Part shown: piece by piece, positions 43,918-55,276 of the stretch
Position numbering within the stretch: the first letter of the stretch is position 1
How the letters are laid out: each line of letters begins with the position of its first letter
Origin: Rebecca billardiae RCC1528
Lineage: Eukaryota; Protista; Haptophyta
Assembly: GCA_965240325.2 (NCBI GenBank)
Contig: OZ251229.1
Span: 248,001 to 312,000 of the forward strand
Length of the DNA: 64,000 nucleotides
Reading direction: 5' to 3'
Translations under genes and position numbers: made by a program
Notes under the pieces: model-generated
What the model saw: the letters and a program-made list of their open reading frames with translations, nothing else
Databases searched by the model: none
Told to the model about the DNA's origin: nothing

Positions 43918-46539
43918 TCACGGCGCCGATTGCTCGGGCGGAGCTGCGGGGCCTTGAGCGCCGCTGCCGCTGGACGTCGCGGCGATGTCCGACCAGCTCC
44001 AGCCGCCGCGGCCGTCGAGGTGCAGCCGGTACTCGTGGAAGCGCGCGAGGCCGGGCTTGTGCGACACCGTGAAGAGCGAGATGCCGAGCGCGCGGCACGC
44101 CAGGTAGATGCGCGACTCCACCTCCTGCGAGACGGCGGAGGTGCACTCGTCGAGCACCGCGTAGCGCGGGCAGTGGTAGAAGAGGCGCGCCATGGCGATG
44201 CGCTGCTTCTGCCCGCCCGAGAGCGTCACCGCCCAGTCGCGCCGCTCGCCCAGCTCGAACTGGCCGAGGATGGAGTGCGCGGGGTCGACGATGGCGAGCA
44301 GCCGCTGCAGCGCGTCCTCCAGCTCGTGCTCCGCGCGCCGCAGCTCCTCCGCCGAGCACGGCTCGTCGCGGGCGGTGGCGGAGTCCGCGTCGTCGGGGTC
44401 GGAGAGCTCGTCGAGGCCGCCCACGGCCTGTCCGCCCACGTCGTCGTCGCGCAGCAGCGCCGCGTCCGCGCCGCGCGAGGGCGAGCCGCTCGGCTCGGCG
44501 CCCGCGTGGGCGGCTGCCGCGCGCCGAGCGGACGCGGCGAGCGTGAGCGCCGCGTCCGCGCGCCCGTGCGGGTAGGTGAGCTGGTCTCGCAGCGTGCCGA
44601 GCACGAGGTACGGCCGCTGCGGCACGAAGAGCATCTGCTCCGTCGGCGGCTTGGTGATCGTGCCCGCGCACATGGGCCACAGGTCGCCGAGCACTCGCAC
44701 GATCGAGCTCTTGCCGCAGCCGTTCGGGCCTGTCACGAGCACGCTCGAGCCGAGCGGCACGTCGAAGGAGAGGCGCTGCACGAGCAGCTGGCCGTCGGGC
44801 GAGGCGATCGAGACGTTGTTGAACTGGATCGCGCCGCCCACCTCGAGGAGCGTCGACGCGTCGCGCACGGAGGCCACGCGCGTGAAGCTCTGCACGCGCC
44901 GCATCTGGCCGCCCTCGAGCGAGCTCACCACCTGCTGCGCGCCCTGCGGCCGCCGCCGCCGGCCCGCGGCCTCGAGGTGCAGAGAGCCCGCGCCGTGCAG
45001 CTGCCAGTGCGCGAGCCAGGCGAGGTCGAGGGTGGACGAGTGGGTGCGCGAGGCGGGCACCCAGGGCAGGGCGAGGCCGTCGCGCGCCTCGCCCGCCTCC
45101 TCGCCCGCGCCGCCGGGCGCGCCCTCAGCCGCGGCCGGTGGGGACGGCCAGTGCCTCGCGCCGCCCGTGGGCGTGCGCGCGCCGAGCGGCACGCGGAACG
45201 GCTCGTTGCCCGCCGCCTCGAGCAGGGCGACGGCGTCGAGGACCTCCGAGACGCGCGTGGTGATGCCCGCGAGGCTCGCCACCTTGGTCGCCGCCTGCAC
45301 CAGGTGGCCCACCGCCGAGCCCAGGTCTGAGAGATGGCTCCCCATCCGCACAAACTCGCTCACCACCTGCCGGAGGGAGAGGCGCAGACGCAGGCGGGGC
45401 GGAGGGGGCGCGCACGCAAGGGGCGGCGATGCGCGCGTGGGCGGGGGGCGGAGTGGCGTGCACCGCACGCCGCCCGCGCACTGCCCACGCTCCCAACGCG
45501 CCGCCCACGCCCGCGCGCGCCGCCGCAGCGCGCGCCGTGCTTCGCCGAGGCCGCGCACCTCGCCCAGGCTGAGCCTCTGGCCCATCAGCGCGCGCCGGCG
45601 CGCCTGGAGCGCCCACGCCACGCACGGGCTGAGGTACTTGATGAGGTAGTGGTCGAGGATGCCGAGCACCAGCTGCCGCCTTGAGAGGCTCACCGACGCG
45701 CGGAACATCCCGTCGAGCAGCCCGTCGAGCAGCTCGCGCTCGCGCGCGCCGCCCCGGAAGAGCGCCACCTCATCCGCGGACGCGAACAGCCGCGCGTGCG
45801 CCGTGCGGTACTCGCCTGCGAGCGCGCTCTCCTCCTGCGCGAGGCGCTTCACGCTGGGCAGCAGCCGCATCTTCACCTGCGACAGCGCGAGCGAGAAGCC
45901 GATCACGCACGCCGGCGCGTGCACGCCCAGCTGGCGGCCCAGCTTGACGGTCATCAGCACCACGTCCAGCACCGGCTTGAAGATGGTCGTGAGCAGCGCC
46001 GCGGCGGACTCGGCGAAGCGCTCGACGTCGGTGGTGACGCGCTGGTCGACGTTGTCGATCTTGCACCCCGGGAGCGCCGACGCCTTGAAGAAGTTCGCGC
46101 CGCGCGTGTACTGCGCGTTGACCGCGCGCGCGAGCCGGCGCTGGAAGAGCAGCGCCTGCAGCCGCGTGAAGTACTTCAGCCCGGCGTTCACCCCCGCAGC
46201 GGGCACGCCGAGCGCGGCGAAGGCGAGGAGCTCGCGGGTGAACGTGCGCCACGCCCCCTCGGTGAGCGCGCGAGCGACACGCCCCGCCGAGTCCGCCGCT
46301 GCGATGGAGAGCAGCGTGCGCGCCGATGTGCATGCGATGAGCGCAGAGAGGCACGCCGACTCCCTGGAGCGCAGCTTCGGACCGAAGCACAGCCGGAGCA
46401 AGCCGAGGAGCTTGTCGCCGACGCGGAGCGAGCGCGTCAGCCCACGCACCCAGAGCGACAGCAAGACGACCAGCACGGCCAGGGATCCGCGGGTGCGGCC
46501 TCGAACCGCAAGGGCCACCTTGGGCTCCGCCGCCGCCAT
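43918..46539 (-). CDS. ABCD (PMP70/peroxisomal-type) half ABC transporter; in-frame intron ~45367-45558
   Basis: DNVDQRVTTDV, EAA-like EVALFRG, Walker A GPNGCGKSS, PQRPY, signature LSGGQKQR, Walker B LDECTSAVS. Confidence 0.93.
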   Translation of the reverse strand: MAAAEPKVALAVRGRTRGSLAVLVVLLSLWVRGLTRSLRVGDKLLGLLRLCFGPKLRSRESACLSALIACTSARTLLSIAAADSAGRVARALTEGAWRTFTRELLAFAALGVPAAGVNAGLKYFTRLQALLFQRRLARAVNAQYTRGANFFKASALPGCKIDNVDQRVTTDVERFAESAAALLTTIFKPVLDVVLMTVKLGRQLGVHAPACVIGFSLALSQVKMRLLPSVKRLAQEESALAGEYRTAHARLFASADEVALFRGGARERELLDGLLDGMFRASVSLSRRQLVLGILDHYLIKYLSPCVAWALQARRRALMGQRLSLGEVRGLGEARRALRRRARAWAARWERGQCAGGVRCTPLRPPPTRASPPLACAPPPPRLRLRLSLRQVVSEFVRMGSHLSDLGSAVGHLVQAATKVASLAGITTRVSEVLDAVALLEAAGNEPFRVPLGARTPTGGARHWPSPPAAAEGAPGGAGEEAGEARDGLALPWVPASRTHSSTLDLAWLAHWQLHGAGSLHLEAAGRRRRPQGAQQVVSSLEGGQMRRVQSFTRVASVRDASTLLEVGGAIQFNNVSIASPDGQLLVQRLSFDVPLGSSVLVTGPNGCGKSSIVRVLGDLWPMCAGTITKPPTEQMLFVPQRPYLVLGTLRDQLTYPHGRADAALTLAASARRAAAAHAGAEPSGSPSRGADAALLRDDDVGGQAVGGLDELSDPDDADSATARDEPCSAEELRRAEHELEDALQRLLAIVDPAHSILGQFELGERRDWAVTLSGGQKQRIAMARLFYHCPRYAVLDECTSAVSQEVESRIYLACRALGISLFTVSHKPGLARFHEYRLHLDGRGGWSWSDIAATSSGSGAQGPAAPPEQSAP

Positions 46540-46658
46540 GCTCTGAATTTGGCGTATTTTAGCCGTCCACGCGGTGTCACCGCTCGACCGGTGACCACCG
46601 CCCGCGGGCCGGAGTGAACGCCCGACCTGGAACGCCGCCCGAGCCGCGTGACGGCGTG

Positions 46659-47126
46659 ATGCGGCAACCGATGGCGCCTGGCGGCTACCGCTCGGTGCGC
46701 GACGAGGATGAGATCCCGGGTCTGACTGGTGGCGTGGACGTGTGCTTTCCGGCACGTGTCCTCTTCGGCGGCATCCTCAGCGCAGTCTGCGGAGTCCTGC
46801 CGATGGTGGTGGCCACCGCGTCGCACGCGCGCTTCAGCCTGGCACGCGCCGTGTTCCTCGTCGGCGCTGCTCTGGGTGCCGCGGTCGGCGTGGCTGCCGG
46901 CAGGGACCCGGACAGGGTTGACGTCGGCAGAATAGTAGCGGACTTCAGGGGCTCTGCGTGTGGCGCGGCCACGTGTGCACTCGTCCTCGCGTTTGCACCG
47001 TACGACATTCAGCTCTACGGCGCTCCGATGCTGTGCTCGATTGGAGCACTCATCGGCCTTCTCGCGATTGATGGCGTCTCTCCGCAGTCTCATGCGACAG
47101 CGCGGGATCGTACTGATGCTGTTTGA
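46659..47126 (+). CDS. Hypothetical small multi-pass membrane protein
   Basis: About four hydrophobic segments; divergent from the ABCD gene; no family recognised. Confidence 0.45.
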   Translation: MRQPMAPGGYRSVRDEDEIPGLTGGVDVCFPARVLFGGILSAVCGVLPMVVATASHARFSLARAVFLVGAALGAAVGVAAGRDPDRVDVGRIVADFRGSACGAATCALVLAFAPYDIQLYGAPMLCSIGALIGLLAIDGVSPQSHATARDRTDAV

Positions 47127-47318
47127 GTGCCGGTGTCCAACCTCTGACGCCGCTGTCGTCGGTTATCAGATGAGCGGGCTCGTCATCCGCCTTACCAACC
47201 GGGTGCTCCGTCGACTCGATTCTTGGCCCGCCGCCATCTTTGTATGTCGCGTTTTCTTGGCGCAGAGGCGGAAAAACAAAAGGGAGCCAGCCGCCCAGCC
47301 AAGGCCGCGCTTCTTGCA

Positions 47319-48347
47319 ATGCCGTCGTCTTGGGCCGTGTCTGTCCGGCGAGCAGTCTCGCTCGCGTGCGCGATCGCGACGGCAGTGCTTGCAGAGGGCA
47401 GCCCGGAATATCGGTCGGAGGTGTGGTGTCCCACGACGCAGCGCCCACATCGCTGCGCCGAGCGAGACGTTCCCGGCGCGGTGCGCTCGGCTGCTCTCGC
47501 CGAGCAGGCGGAGTCGCCGCTGCCCGACAGCTGGGACTGGAACGCGGTCGATGGGCAAGCCCTCACGACGACGGACCTGAACCAGCACATCCCTCAGTAC
47601 TGCGGCTCGTGCTGGGCGCACGCCGCAGTGTCGACCATCGCCGACCGTCTGAAGATCCAGCAGTTCCGAGGCGGGCAGGCGGCGGGCGCGCTGCCAGAGC
47701 CCGCGGGGCGCAGCCGAGACATCATCCCCTCCGTGCAGGCCATCATCAACTGTGGCGACGCCGGGTCGTGCTACGGTGGCGACGCCCTCGCTGCGTTCGC
47801 ATGGATCCACCGTGTGGGCGGCATCGGCGACGTGACCTGCCAGCAGTACCAGGCCAAGAACCTCTTCAACGCGAGCTCGGCGGAGTGCAAGCGCGGCGAG
47901 GCGATGTGCCACACGTGCACCTTCGACTTCGCCACGCGCACGTCCAAGTGCGTCGCGCTGACGGACTACCCGCGCGTGGCCGTCACGGCGTACGGCATGG
48001 CCAAGGGCGAGCGCGAGATCATGACCGAGGTGCACCGCAACGGGCCGGTGGCGTGCCTGATCAACGCCACGTGCCTGGAGACGCCGGCTGCGTCTGGCGG
48101 CGGCGTGGTGGCGTACGAGTGCCCGGGGCACAACCACGTGGTCCAACTGGCCGGCTGGGGCGCGAGCGTGGATGGTACGCGCTACTGGATCGTGCGCAAC
48201 TCTTGGGGTACCGCCTGGGGCGAGAACGGATGGTTCCGGGTCCGCCGCGATCAGCCCGCCGCGTGGGACCCGGCTGCGTACGATTGCGCATGGGCGACGC
48301 CTGCGCTGGTCACTCCTCAACAGCGCCGTTCTGCGGCCGACGTCTGA
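47319..48347 (+). CDS. Cathepsin X/Z-type papain-family cysteine protease
   Basis: NQHIPQYCGSCWAH (HIP mini-loop typical of cathepsin X), NHVVQLAGWG, YWIVRNSWG; signal peptide. Confidence 0.93.
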   Translation: MPSSWAVSVRRAVSLACAIATAVLAEGSPEYRSEVWCPTTQRPHRCAERDVPGAVRSAALAEQAESPLPDSWDWNAVDGQALTTTDLNQHIPQYCGSCWAHAAVSTIADRLKIQQFRGGQAAGALPEPAGRSRDIIPSVQAIINCGDAGSCYGGDALAAFAWIHRVGGIGDVTCQQYQAKNLFNASSAECKRGEAMCHTCTFDFATRTSKCVALTDYPRVAVTAYGMAKGEREIMTEVHRNGPVACLINATCLETPAASGGGVVAYECPGHNHVVQLAGWGASVDGTRYWIVRNSWGTAWGENGWFRVRRDQPAAWDPAAYDCAWATPALVTPQQRRSAADV

Positions 48348-48642
48348 ACTCACTGAAGCACCAAGTTACGAGCCGGCGCAACCAGCGCACACGCGTGACT
48401 GACATGCACGCATCACACACGTGTGCCGCGCGGACTCTGATGAGGACGACGCACACGGCACATGGCAACACAGTCTGCAGCTTACAGCTTACAGTCTTAG
48501 TTAGATGGGCTTACACCAACCACGCGGCTTTACAAATAATCATCGCGGGCGCGAACCACCTTGCATCAAACTGGCTCCACTACTGGTACTGATTACTGTA
48601 GATACTGTACATTTGACAGGACCGTACTGCTTCACGTGCTGG

Positions 48643-50610
48643 ATGGCTGCCGCCAGTCGAGGAGCAGCGACGAGCCGCGCGGACTGCCGCGCGGCTCGAC
48701 GCTGGGGCTGCGCACTGTGCGCGCTGGCAGCGGGCGTGCGTATCTCCGCAGCTGTGCGTGTCCCCGTGGCCCAAGCCCAGCCGTCGTCGGCTCGGACGAG
48801 CATTCTGTACATTGTCGCGCACGACTTGCGCGTGGACGTGCGCGGCGAGCACTTCAGCACCCTCGCGGCGCGAGGCACGGTCTTCGACCTGGCGTTCACG
48901 CAGGCGCCAGTCTGCGCGCCGAGCCGTGGCTCGTTCACGTCGGGGCGCCGCCCTTCGGTTTCTGGCGCGCTCACCTTCACGGAGCACGAGCCAGCATCGA
49001 TGCGCAACGCAAGCACGTGGTCGATGCTCCCGCTGAGGTTCCGCGAGGAGGGCTACCACACGGCGAGCGTGGGCCCCACGTCGGCATCGCTTGGTGGCAC
49101 GTGGTGTCCCGACTGCTGGTCCCACGACACGCCCCTGGACATCAGGCGCAATTTCAGTAGGACCAATGTCGACGGCCGCATCGGCTCGAACGCTGCCGCG
49201 CGGCTGCGGCGCTGGGCGGAGGCCGGCGCCGAGCCCTTCTTCCTGATGGTGGGGTTCTCGGGGTCGCACATCCCGCTCAAGCCGAGCGAGGAGTGCTCGC
49301 TCGTGACACGAGGTGCGCTCGAGCGCGAGTTGCGCTCGCCGCTCGTGCCCTCGCTGATGCCGCCTGGCGCGGTCTCGCCGCTCCAGATGGCCATGACCTC
49401 GCACACGACGAAGAACCTCGCCCGCTTCGGGGCCCACGAGCGCGCTGCGATGCGGCGGACTCAGGGCGGCTTCATGCTGCCGACGCAAGCGCTGCTGGAG
49501 GCGGGCGCGCGGGCTGGGTTCGCGCAGCAGGCGCTGGGGGATATGGCGCTCGTCCGCCACGCGTACGTGGGCGCCTTCTGCGACCTCGACCGCGCGATCG
49601 GGCTGCTGGTGCGCACGCTCGACAGCACGGGTCTGGCCAACCGCACTGCCGTGGTCTTCCATGCCGACCACGGGATGTCCGTGGGCGAGTACGGCACGTT
49701 CGCGAAGACGAAGCTCCTCGATGTGGACACGCGCGTGCCGCTCATGATCGCGCCGCCGCTCAGCCCGAAGCACTCCGCGCCAGATCCGTGGGCGCGCGCG
49801 CGCGTGCATGCGCGCGCAGTCGTGCAGCTGCTTGACGTGGCGCCGACGCTGTGCGCGCTCGCTGGCATTCCGTGCGCCGGCCGCGCCTCGGAGCCGGCGA
49901 TGGACGGGGTGTCGCTCGTACCGCTTCTGCGCAGCAATGTTCCCGACGACGCCCGCGCTGCGGAGCAGCGGACGGCGGGCGGGTGCGGGCCGTGGAGCGT
50001 CGCGCTCAGCACGCAAGTGCGCTGCCTCGGACAAGGCGCATACATGCCAACCGTGTGCATGCACTCGCCGCTCAGCGCCGTGAGCGCGATGGGCACGAGC
50101 GTGCGGCTTGCATCGTGGCGATATACGATGTGGTCGTCATGGTCGGTGAAAGACGCCATGCCTCTGGCCGCGCTCAGCACGAACCTCACCGCGCTGCCCG
50201 CCGCGTCTGACTTGTGGTGGCACGAGGAGCTGTACGCCCTGCGCGCCGCACGGCACGAGCTGGCGGGTATCGCGCGGCCGTGGCAGCCGTGGGGCGCGTG
50301 GGGACTCGTCGACCTCGCGACCGAGTCGGCCGAGCCATCGATGGTGGCGCAGCAGCCGGCCTTGGTGCTCGCGCTCCGCTCGCTCGCCGTGCGCTCGTGG
50401 GCACGGCCAGACCTGCCGATGCACAGGCTGGTCGCGGACGCGTGCGCGGGCGATCTCGGCCTGGCGCTGCGTGCAATCGAGGCCGGCCAGGGGGCCCATG
50501 CTGCGGCACAGACCAGAGCAGCGCCGCACGCAGCGCAGGCCGGTCCGCGCGCACCTCCTGCCGCGCTGAGTCCTCGAATCAGGCACTCATGGCTGATCGG
50601 AAATCAGTAA
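48643..50610 (+). CDS. Formylglycine-type (S1) sulfatase, iduronate-2-sulfatase-like
   Basis: ILYIVAHDLR, CAPSRGSFTSGR core, ADHG, RVPLMI, QLLDVAPTL motifs. Confidence 0.85.
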   Translation: MAAASRGAATSRADCRAARRWGCALCALAAGVRISAAVRVPVAQAQPSSARTSILYIVAHDLRVDVRGEHFSTLAARGTVFDLAFTQAPVCAPSRGSFTSGRRPSVSGALTFTEHEPASMRNASTWSMLPLRFREEGYHTASVGPTSASLGGTWCPDCWSHDTPLDIRRNFSRTNVDGRIGSNAAARLRRWAEAGAEPFFLMVGFSGSHIPLKPSEECSLVTRGALERELRSPLVPSLMPPGAVSPLQMAMTSHTTKNLARFGAHERAAMRRTQGGFMLPTQALLEAGARAGFAQQALGDMALVRHAYVGAFCDLDRAIGLLVRTLDSTGLANRTAVVFHADHGMSVGEYGTFAKTKLLDVDTRVPLMIAPPLSPKHSAPDPWARARVHARAVVQLLDVAPTLCALAGIPCAGRASEPAMDGVSLVPLLRSNVPDDARAAEQRTAGGCGPWSVALSTQVRCLGQGAYMPTVCMHSPLSAVSAMGTSVRLASWRYTMWSSWSVKDAMPLAALSTNLTALPAASDLWWHEELYALRAARHELAGIARPWQPWGAWGLVDLATESAEPSMVAQQPALVLALRSLAVRSWARPDLPMHRLVADACAGDLGLALRAIEAGQGAHAAAQTRAAPHAAQAGPRAPPAALSPRIRHSWLIGNQ

Positions 50611-50668
50611 GGCAGCGCGCGTGATCGGCATCACCACCGACCACTACGCGGAGCGCAGTGCCGGCATT

Positions 50669-51338
50669 CGGCAAGGCCAAGGGTTGGACCGTTCGAGTCA
50701 CCGGCCGGGTGAATTTGCCTCCACCGTCCACGCCCCTCTCCGGGTAGTACTCATAACTCAGCTCCGGGCCGCGCCGCTCTCGCGGGCTCTGGCGCGCGGG
50801 CGGGTCGTCACTACAGTATCAGGCGAAAATATGGAAACAGGTGGTCCGTACAGCACCACAAAGAGCATCCCTAGCCGCACGAGTCACTGTCACTCGACAC
50901 CTCGTCTCGCTTTGGTTGGAGCCAACTTGTGGTGTGCGGGCGAGCCACCTTATGAAGCATTTAGATAAGCGGCGACACTGGGCCATGTAGCGAGGCGCGC
51001 AGCGGGTCAACAATGCATTGCGAAGGCGTTGAACGCGCAATCCGTTGGGGGTATACGCATATCTGTCCCATGGCGCGTCCCGCACCGCCGTGTGGTCCGA
51101 TGCACTCCCGACTCGCGACACGCTGCGCGCTGCACAGCCTGTGCTTCAGGTGCGCACACTACAAGTTGGCTCCGCGCGAAGCGAGACGAGGTGTCGAGTG
51201 GCAACATGCGGCCGGGGATGTCGTGCTTGGTGCACGGGCCGCATATTCCCAGCTTTCGTCTGATAGTGACCAACAGCTCGCGCGCCAGAGCCCGCGAGAG
51301 GGGCGCGAGGCAAATTCACCCCCCCGGTGGCCTTGCCG
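50669..51338. mobile_element. Degenerate MITE/foldback-like element
   Basis: Inverted blocks: CGGCAAGGCCA (50669) / TGGCCTTGCCG (51328); GGGTGAATTTGCCTC (50707) / GAGGCAAATTCACCC (51307); CTCTCGCGGGCTCTGGCGCGCG (50777) / CGCGCGCCAGAGCCCGCGAGAG (51279). Confidence 0.55.
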
Positions 51339-51593
51339 CACCCCTCGCAGAGCAGATGCTCGCGACCGTTACGTACTCCATACTACTAATACAGTACGGG
51401 ATGGAGCTAGATTACAGGCTGATGAAATCTGTAACTGTGAGCGCAGGTCAACGATTGCTCAGCGGCCTGGACTCGCGCGAGAAAGTCGCCAGTCAAGGTC
51501 CGTCCGCCATTGACGGCGGAAAGACGCGAACGGCCAGTCCGTCAACACGTCCGCCCTCCCGTGCTCGGCACCCCGCTCGCGAACAGTTGCGTG

Positions 51594-52151
51594 ATGCCGT
51601 ACATCGTGTACGACGATGGGGATGAGCATGATGCGACAGGGCACTCCCCATCGCTTGACATGACCAAGCCGAACAAGTCTGCGCGAATCGTCGCCCGCGA
51701 GCGACGGCTCGAGCAAGGCCGGCGTGTCGATTACTACGTCCTCCTCGTCGCGGTCAACCGCCTCCGCTTCACGGTGCGCCGCCGCTTCAATGAGTTTCTG
51801 GCGCTCGACCAAGCGCTCTCGCATGCCTCAAGCAAACCTGAGCTGCCCGATCGCGGCTGGCCGACCTGGTGCGGTGGTGTTCACTCGGCACAGTTCCTGT
51901 GCGAGCGCGCACGAGGGCTTCAGCAGTTCATCAACCAGGCGCTTGCGCTGCCGCCGCCGTACCATCGCACGGTGGAAGCGTTCTTGTCGATCGATAGCAT
52001 CAGGCACATCTACATTGCGCACGGAGACCATGGGCTCAACGAGGAGCAGGAGCAGTACGTCCAGCCATGCGTGACGGTCGGCCAGACCAAGCACACACAT
52101 GCTCCCGCCACGACGACCGTCTATCTTGGTGTGCCAACCGGTGCCTACTAG
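51594..52151 (+). CDS. PX (phox homology) domain protein
   Basis: YYVLLV...VRRRFNEFLALD...PELP...FLCERARGLQQFINQAL...VEAFL. Confidence 0.82.
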   Translation: MPYIVYDDGDEHDATGHSPSLDMTKPNKSARIVARERRLEQGRRVDYYVLLVAVNRLRFTVRRRFNEFLALDQALSHASSKPELPDRGWPTWCGGVHSAQFLCERARGLQQFINQALALPPPYHRTVEAFLSIDSIRHIYIAHGDHGLNEEQEQYVQPCVTVGQTKHTHAPATTTVYLGVPTGAY

Positions 52152-52471
52152 TAGGCGCAGAGAGATGCCTACGTCCACGCGCCATCCCCCCGCCGCCTCC
52201 CCCTTGCCTCACGTGCGGGAACTTCGTCAGCTTCCCGTGCGGAAGTCGCCACGGCTGAAGATGAGACGGTCGTGGTCTTGCCGACGCCCGCTCGTTTGCC
52301 GCTCACGGCCAATCAGACGAAATCTCGCGCCATCGGACAGTAGCCGGGCTGAAGTCCGGTAGGCCGAAAGGGTGCCATTCCGCCTCGATTTCGTCGGGTG
52401 ACGCCCGCTCAGGCGCTCACAGCCTGGGCAGCCTCGCGGGCCGGGATCGGGCGCCCGCGGAGGCTGCGGGC

Positions 52472-54849
52472 ATGGGCGTGAACAGCTTCACGCCCGCAAA
52501 GAACCGCTTCCGCGCACATGCGGACAGCCACTATTACCTCGCGACGGAGGTCGCGCACCCGGACCAGAACGTAGCCCCTGACCACCGCCGCTACCGCGGC
52601 TACCGGGGACCCACCCTGCGGTATTGCGAGCGGCCTGCGGGCATCAGCGCCGCGGAGCATAACGGCGACGCGTCTGGCACGGCGACGTCCTCGGCATTCC
52701 GAGACATCGAGGTGCCCGCCGGCTACGTGCTCTACAACGTGGGCGACTCCATTTATTTCAACGACATTCGCGGCCTGGATCAGGTGCGCACACACACACA
52801 CGCGGCCTCTGGCGCGCGCGCGGTGTGGGGAGCGCAGGGCGACCTGCCGGGCGGGCAGGGGGCTGCTGGTGCGATGCGCCCGAGCCTCACGCGCGCCGCC
52901 CTCCCGTGCCCGCCCCGCCTCCCGCGCGAGCAGGCGCCGATGGACCAGCTGCGCCTGCGCACGCGCCCCTCGTGCCACGACTTTGCGTGGAACGGCGCGG
53001 GCGACCTCGAGGTCGTGCTCGGCTTCCTCTCGGGCGAGATCATGAGCTACCTGCCGCTGCGGAAGGAGCAGCCGACGACGCAGTTCTCGAGGGGGCTCTT
53101 CGAGAGCACCAGCGCCGTCACGGACGTGCGCTGGGCGCCGGGCCGCCCGGGCTGCTTTGTGGCCGCGCACTCGCACGGCACGCTGCTGGTGTATGACACG
53201 GCGCGGCCGCACGGCGCGGCAGGCGGGAGCGGGGAGGCGACGCCGGTGGGCGGCGGCGCGAGCGGCACAGGCAGCGGGGCGAGCGGGGCGGCGAGCGAGG
53301 ATGGCAGCGTCCCCACCGGCATGCCCAAACGCAGCCTGCGCAGGGGCAGCTCGGGCGAGCGCACGAGACTGACGCTGTTCCGCGGCGGTGGCGGCGCGGC
53401 GACGGACGACAAGGGGAGGCAGCAGATGGCGGGGCCGGTCGCGTGCTGGCACATCTGCCAGTCGGCGATCACCCAGCTCGCCTTCTCGCATGACGGGCGC
53501 CACCTCGCGATGGTCTGCGCGGACGGCCTGCTCCGCGTCTTCGACTTCGGCTCGGAGCAGCTGCTCGTCTCGTTCCGCTCGTACTACGCCGGGCTGCTGT
53601 GCGTGGCCTGGAGCCCCGATGACTCACACCTGCTGGTGCGCGCGCGGAGGCGCGGCGCGGGCCGGGCGGGCGTGGGGGCACGGGGCAGGCGGCGGGCGCG
53701 TGCTCGTGCGCGGCCCGCCGAGCCCGCATGCGGGAGGCGGGGCCGCGCCCACCGCGCGTGTGCGCCCCCCGGCTGTCCTCTCGATGGGCCGCCCTGAGCA
53801 AGGGGCGTGTGCCGCAGCCGTCCGTCCGCTCACCGGCGCGCCCCCGCCGCTCGCGCCTGCTGGATGCGCGCCGCGCGCTGGCGCTCGCTGCCGCCGCGCA
53901 GACGGGCGGCGAGGACGACCTCGTCGCGGTGTGGTCGATGCGCGAGCGCAGGCTGGTGGCCCGCTGCCAGGGCCACTCCTCGTGGGTCACCTCCGTCGCC
54001 TTCGATCCGTACGCGCCGGGCTCGGGCGGCAAGGAGAGGGTCGGGCTGTGGAGCACCAAAGCAGCCAACGGCAACGCGGCCAGCGATCGGGTGGCGCCGC
54101 CCGCCGTGGCGCTGCCGCCCGGCCGAAGGCGGCTGTGCTTCGCGTCGGTGGGGATGGACACGAAGCTGCTGCTGTGGGAGGTCGAGGTGCCCGAAGCGGA
54201 CCTCGACCGCGGGGGCATGGTCCTCGGCGCGGGCTCGCAGGTCGCCGTGTCGCACGCGCGCGGCGCAAAGCCGGCCGAGCGACACGCCGCGAACGGGACC
54301 ACCACCCCGCGGCAGGGCGGCAGACCGCTGGTCGCAGCGTCGCGCATCGCGCGGCTGCCGGGCGCGGTGTCGCCCAAGGGAAGCGCCGAGCGGCAGTTCT
54401 CCGTGCAGGCGTCCGCCGTCACCATCCCCGCGCACTCGCCAGCCGCGGGCGGCGCCGGTGACGGCAGCGGCGCGAGCAGGGCAAGTCCAGCTGGGCCTGC
54501 GAGTGACGCGCGCGCGATCGCCAACACGGTGGTCCCAGCGCCGCCGCTCTCGGCCGTGCCGCTCCTCTCGCCGATCGGCGGCGTGGTGGCGCACGCGGAG
54601 CCGGTGACGCAGGTGGTCTTCACGCCGAGTGCCATCCTCACAGCTGGCTTTGACGGCCACGTGCGGCTGTGGGTGCCGCGCGTGCCGCCGGGCATTGCGA
54701 GCAGTGCGGACATGTTCAGCTCGTCGCTGGCGCTCACCTTCAACTTTGTCGATGTGCGCACGACGCAGCAGGATACCATCTCGGCGTCGTCCAAGCCATA
54801 CTACATCGACTCGGCGCTCAACTCGAGAGAGGCTCGGCCATCGTACTGA
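52472..54849 (+). CDS. WDR20/DMWD/CreC-type WD40 protein; introns 52784-52933 and 53636-53901
   Basis: PSCHDF, FRSYYAGLLCVAWSPD|TGGEDDLVAVWS and ARCQGHSSWVTSVAFDPY motifs; splicing restores the frame. Confidence 0.9.
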
Positions 54850-55276
54850 CGATGGCAGTATGCTATATACGCTCTTCCACCGGACCGCCCGTCCTCCGGG
54901 ACCGGAGACCTCCGTGGCCGTGCCCCGTACGCCGTACGCGGTACTCCGGCCTCCGAGGCTCCGCCTCCGGCTCCGGCGGCCTCCGCCTCCGGAGTCCGGG
55001 CGCGGCGGGCGCCGCCGGCCGCGCGGCTGGCCGCTGTCACAGCCTCAGCCTTCGCTGATATGGACCCGCCGTAGTGTCGTCACTATACATACGCATATGT
55101 AGTGACGAGTCGACCTAAGTATCCATTCTTACTATTCGCGACGACTGCTGATGGCGCGCAATGGAAGGCTTCGTCAGCAGAGGATCGGTCGGGCGATAGC
55201 GATTCGCGTGCGCGGCCCATCAGGGCCCGGGCAGCAGGAGTAATGTATCGTCGTCTTCATCGCAGTGAAGCAGTGA

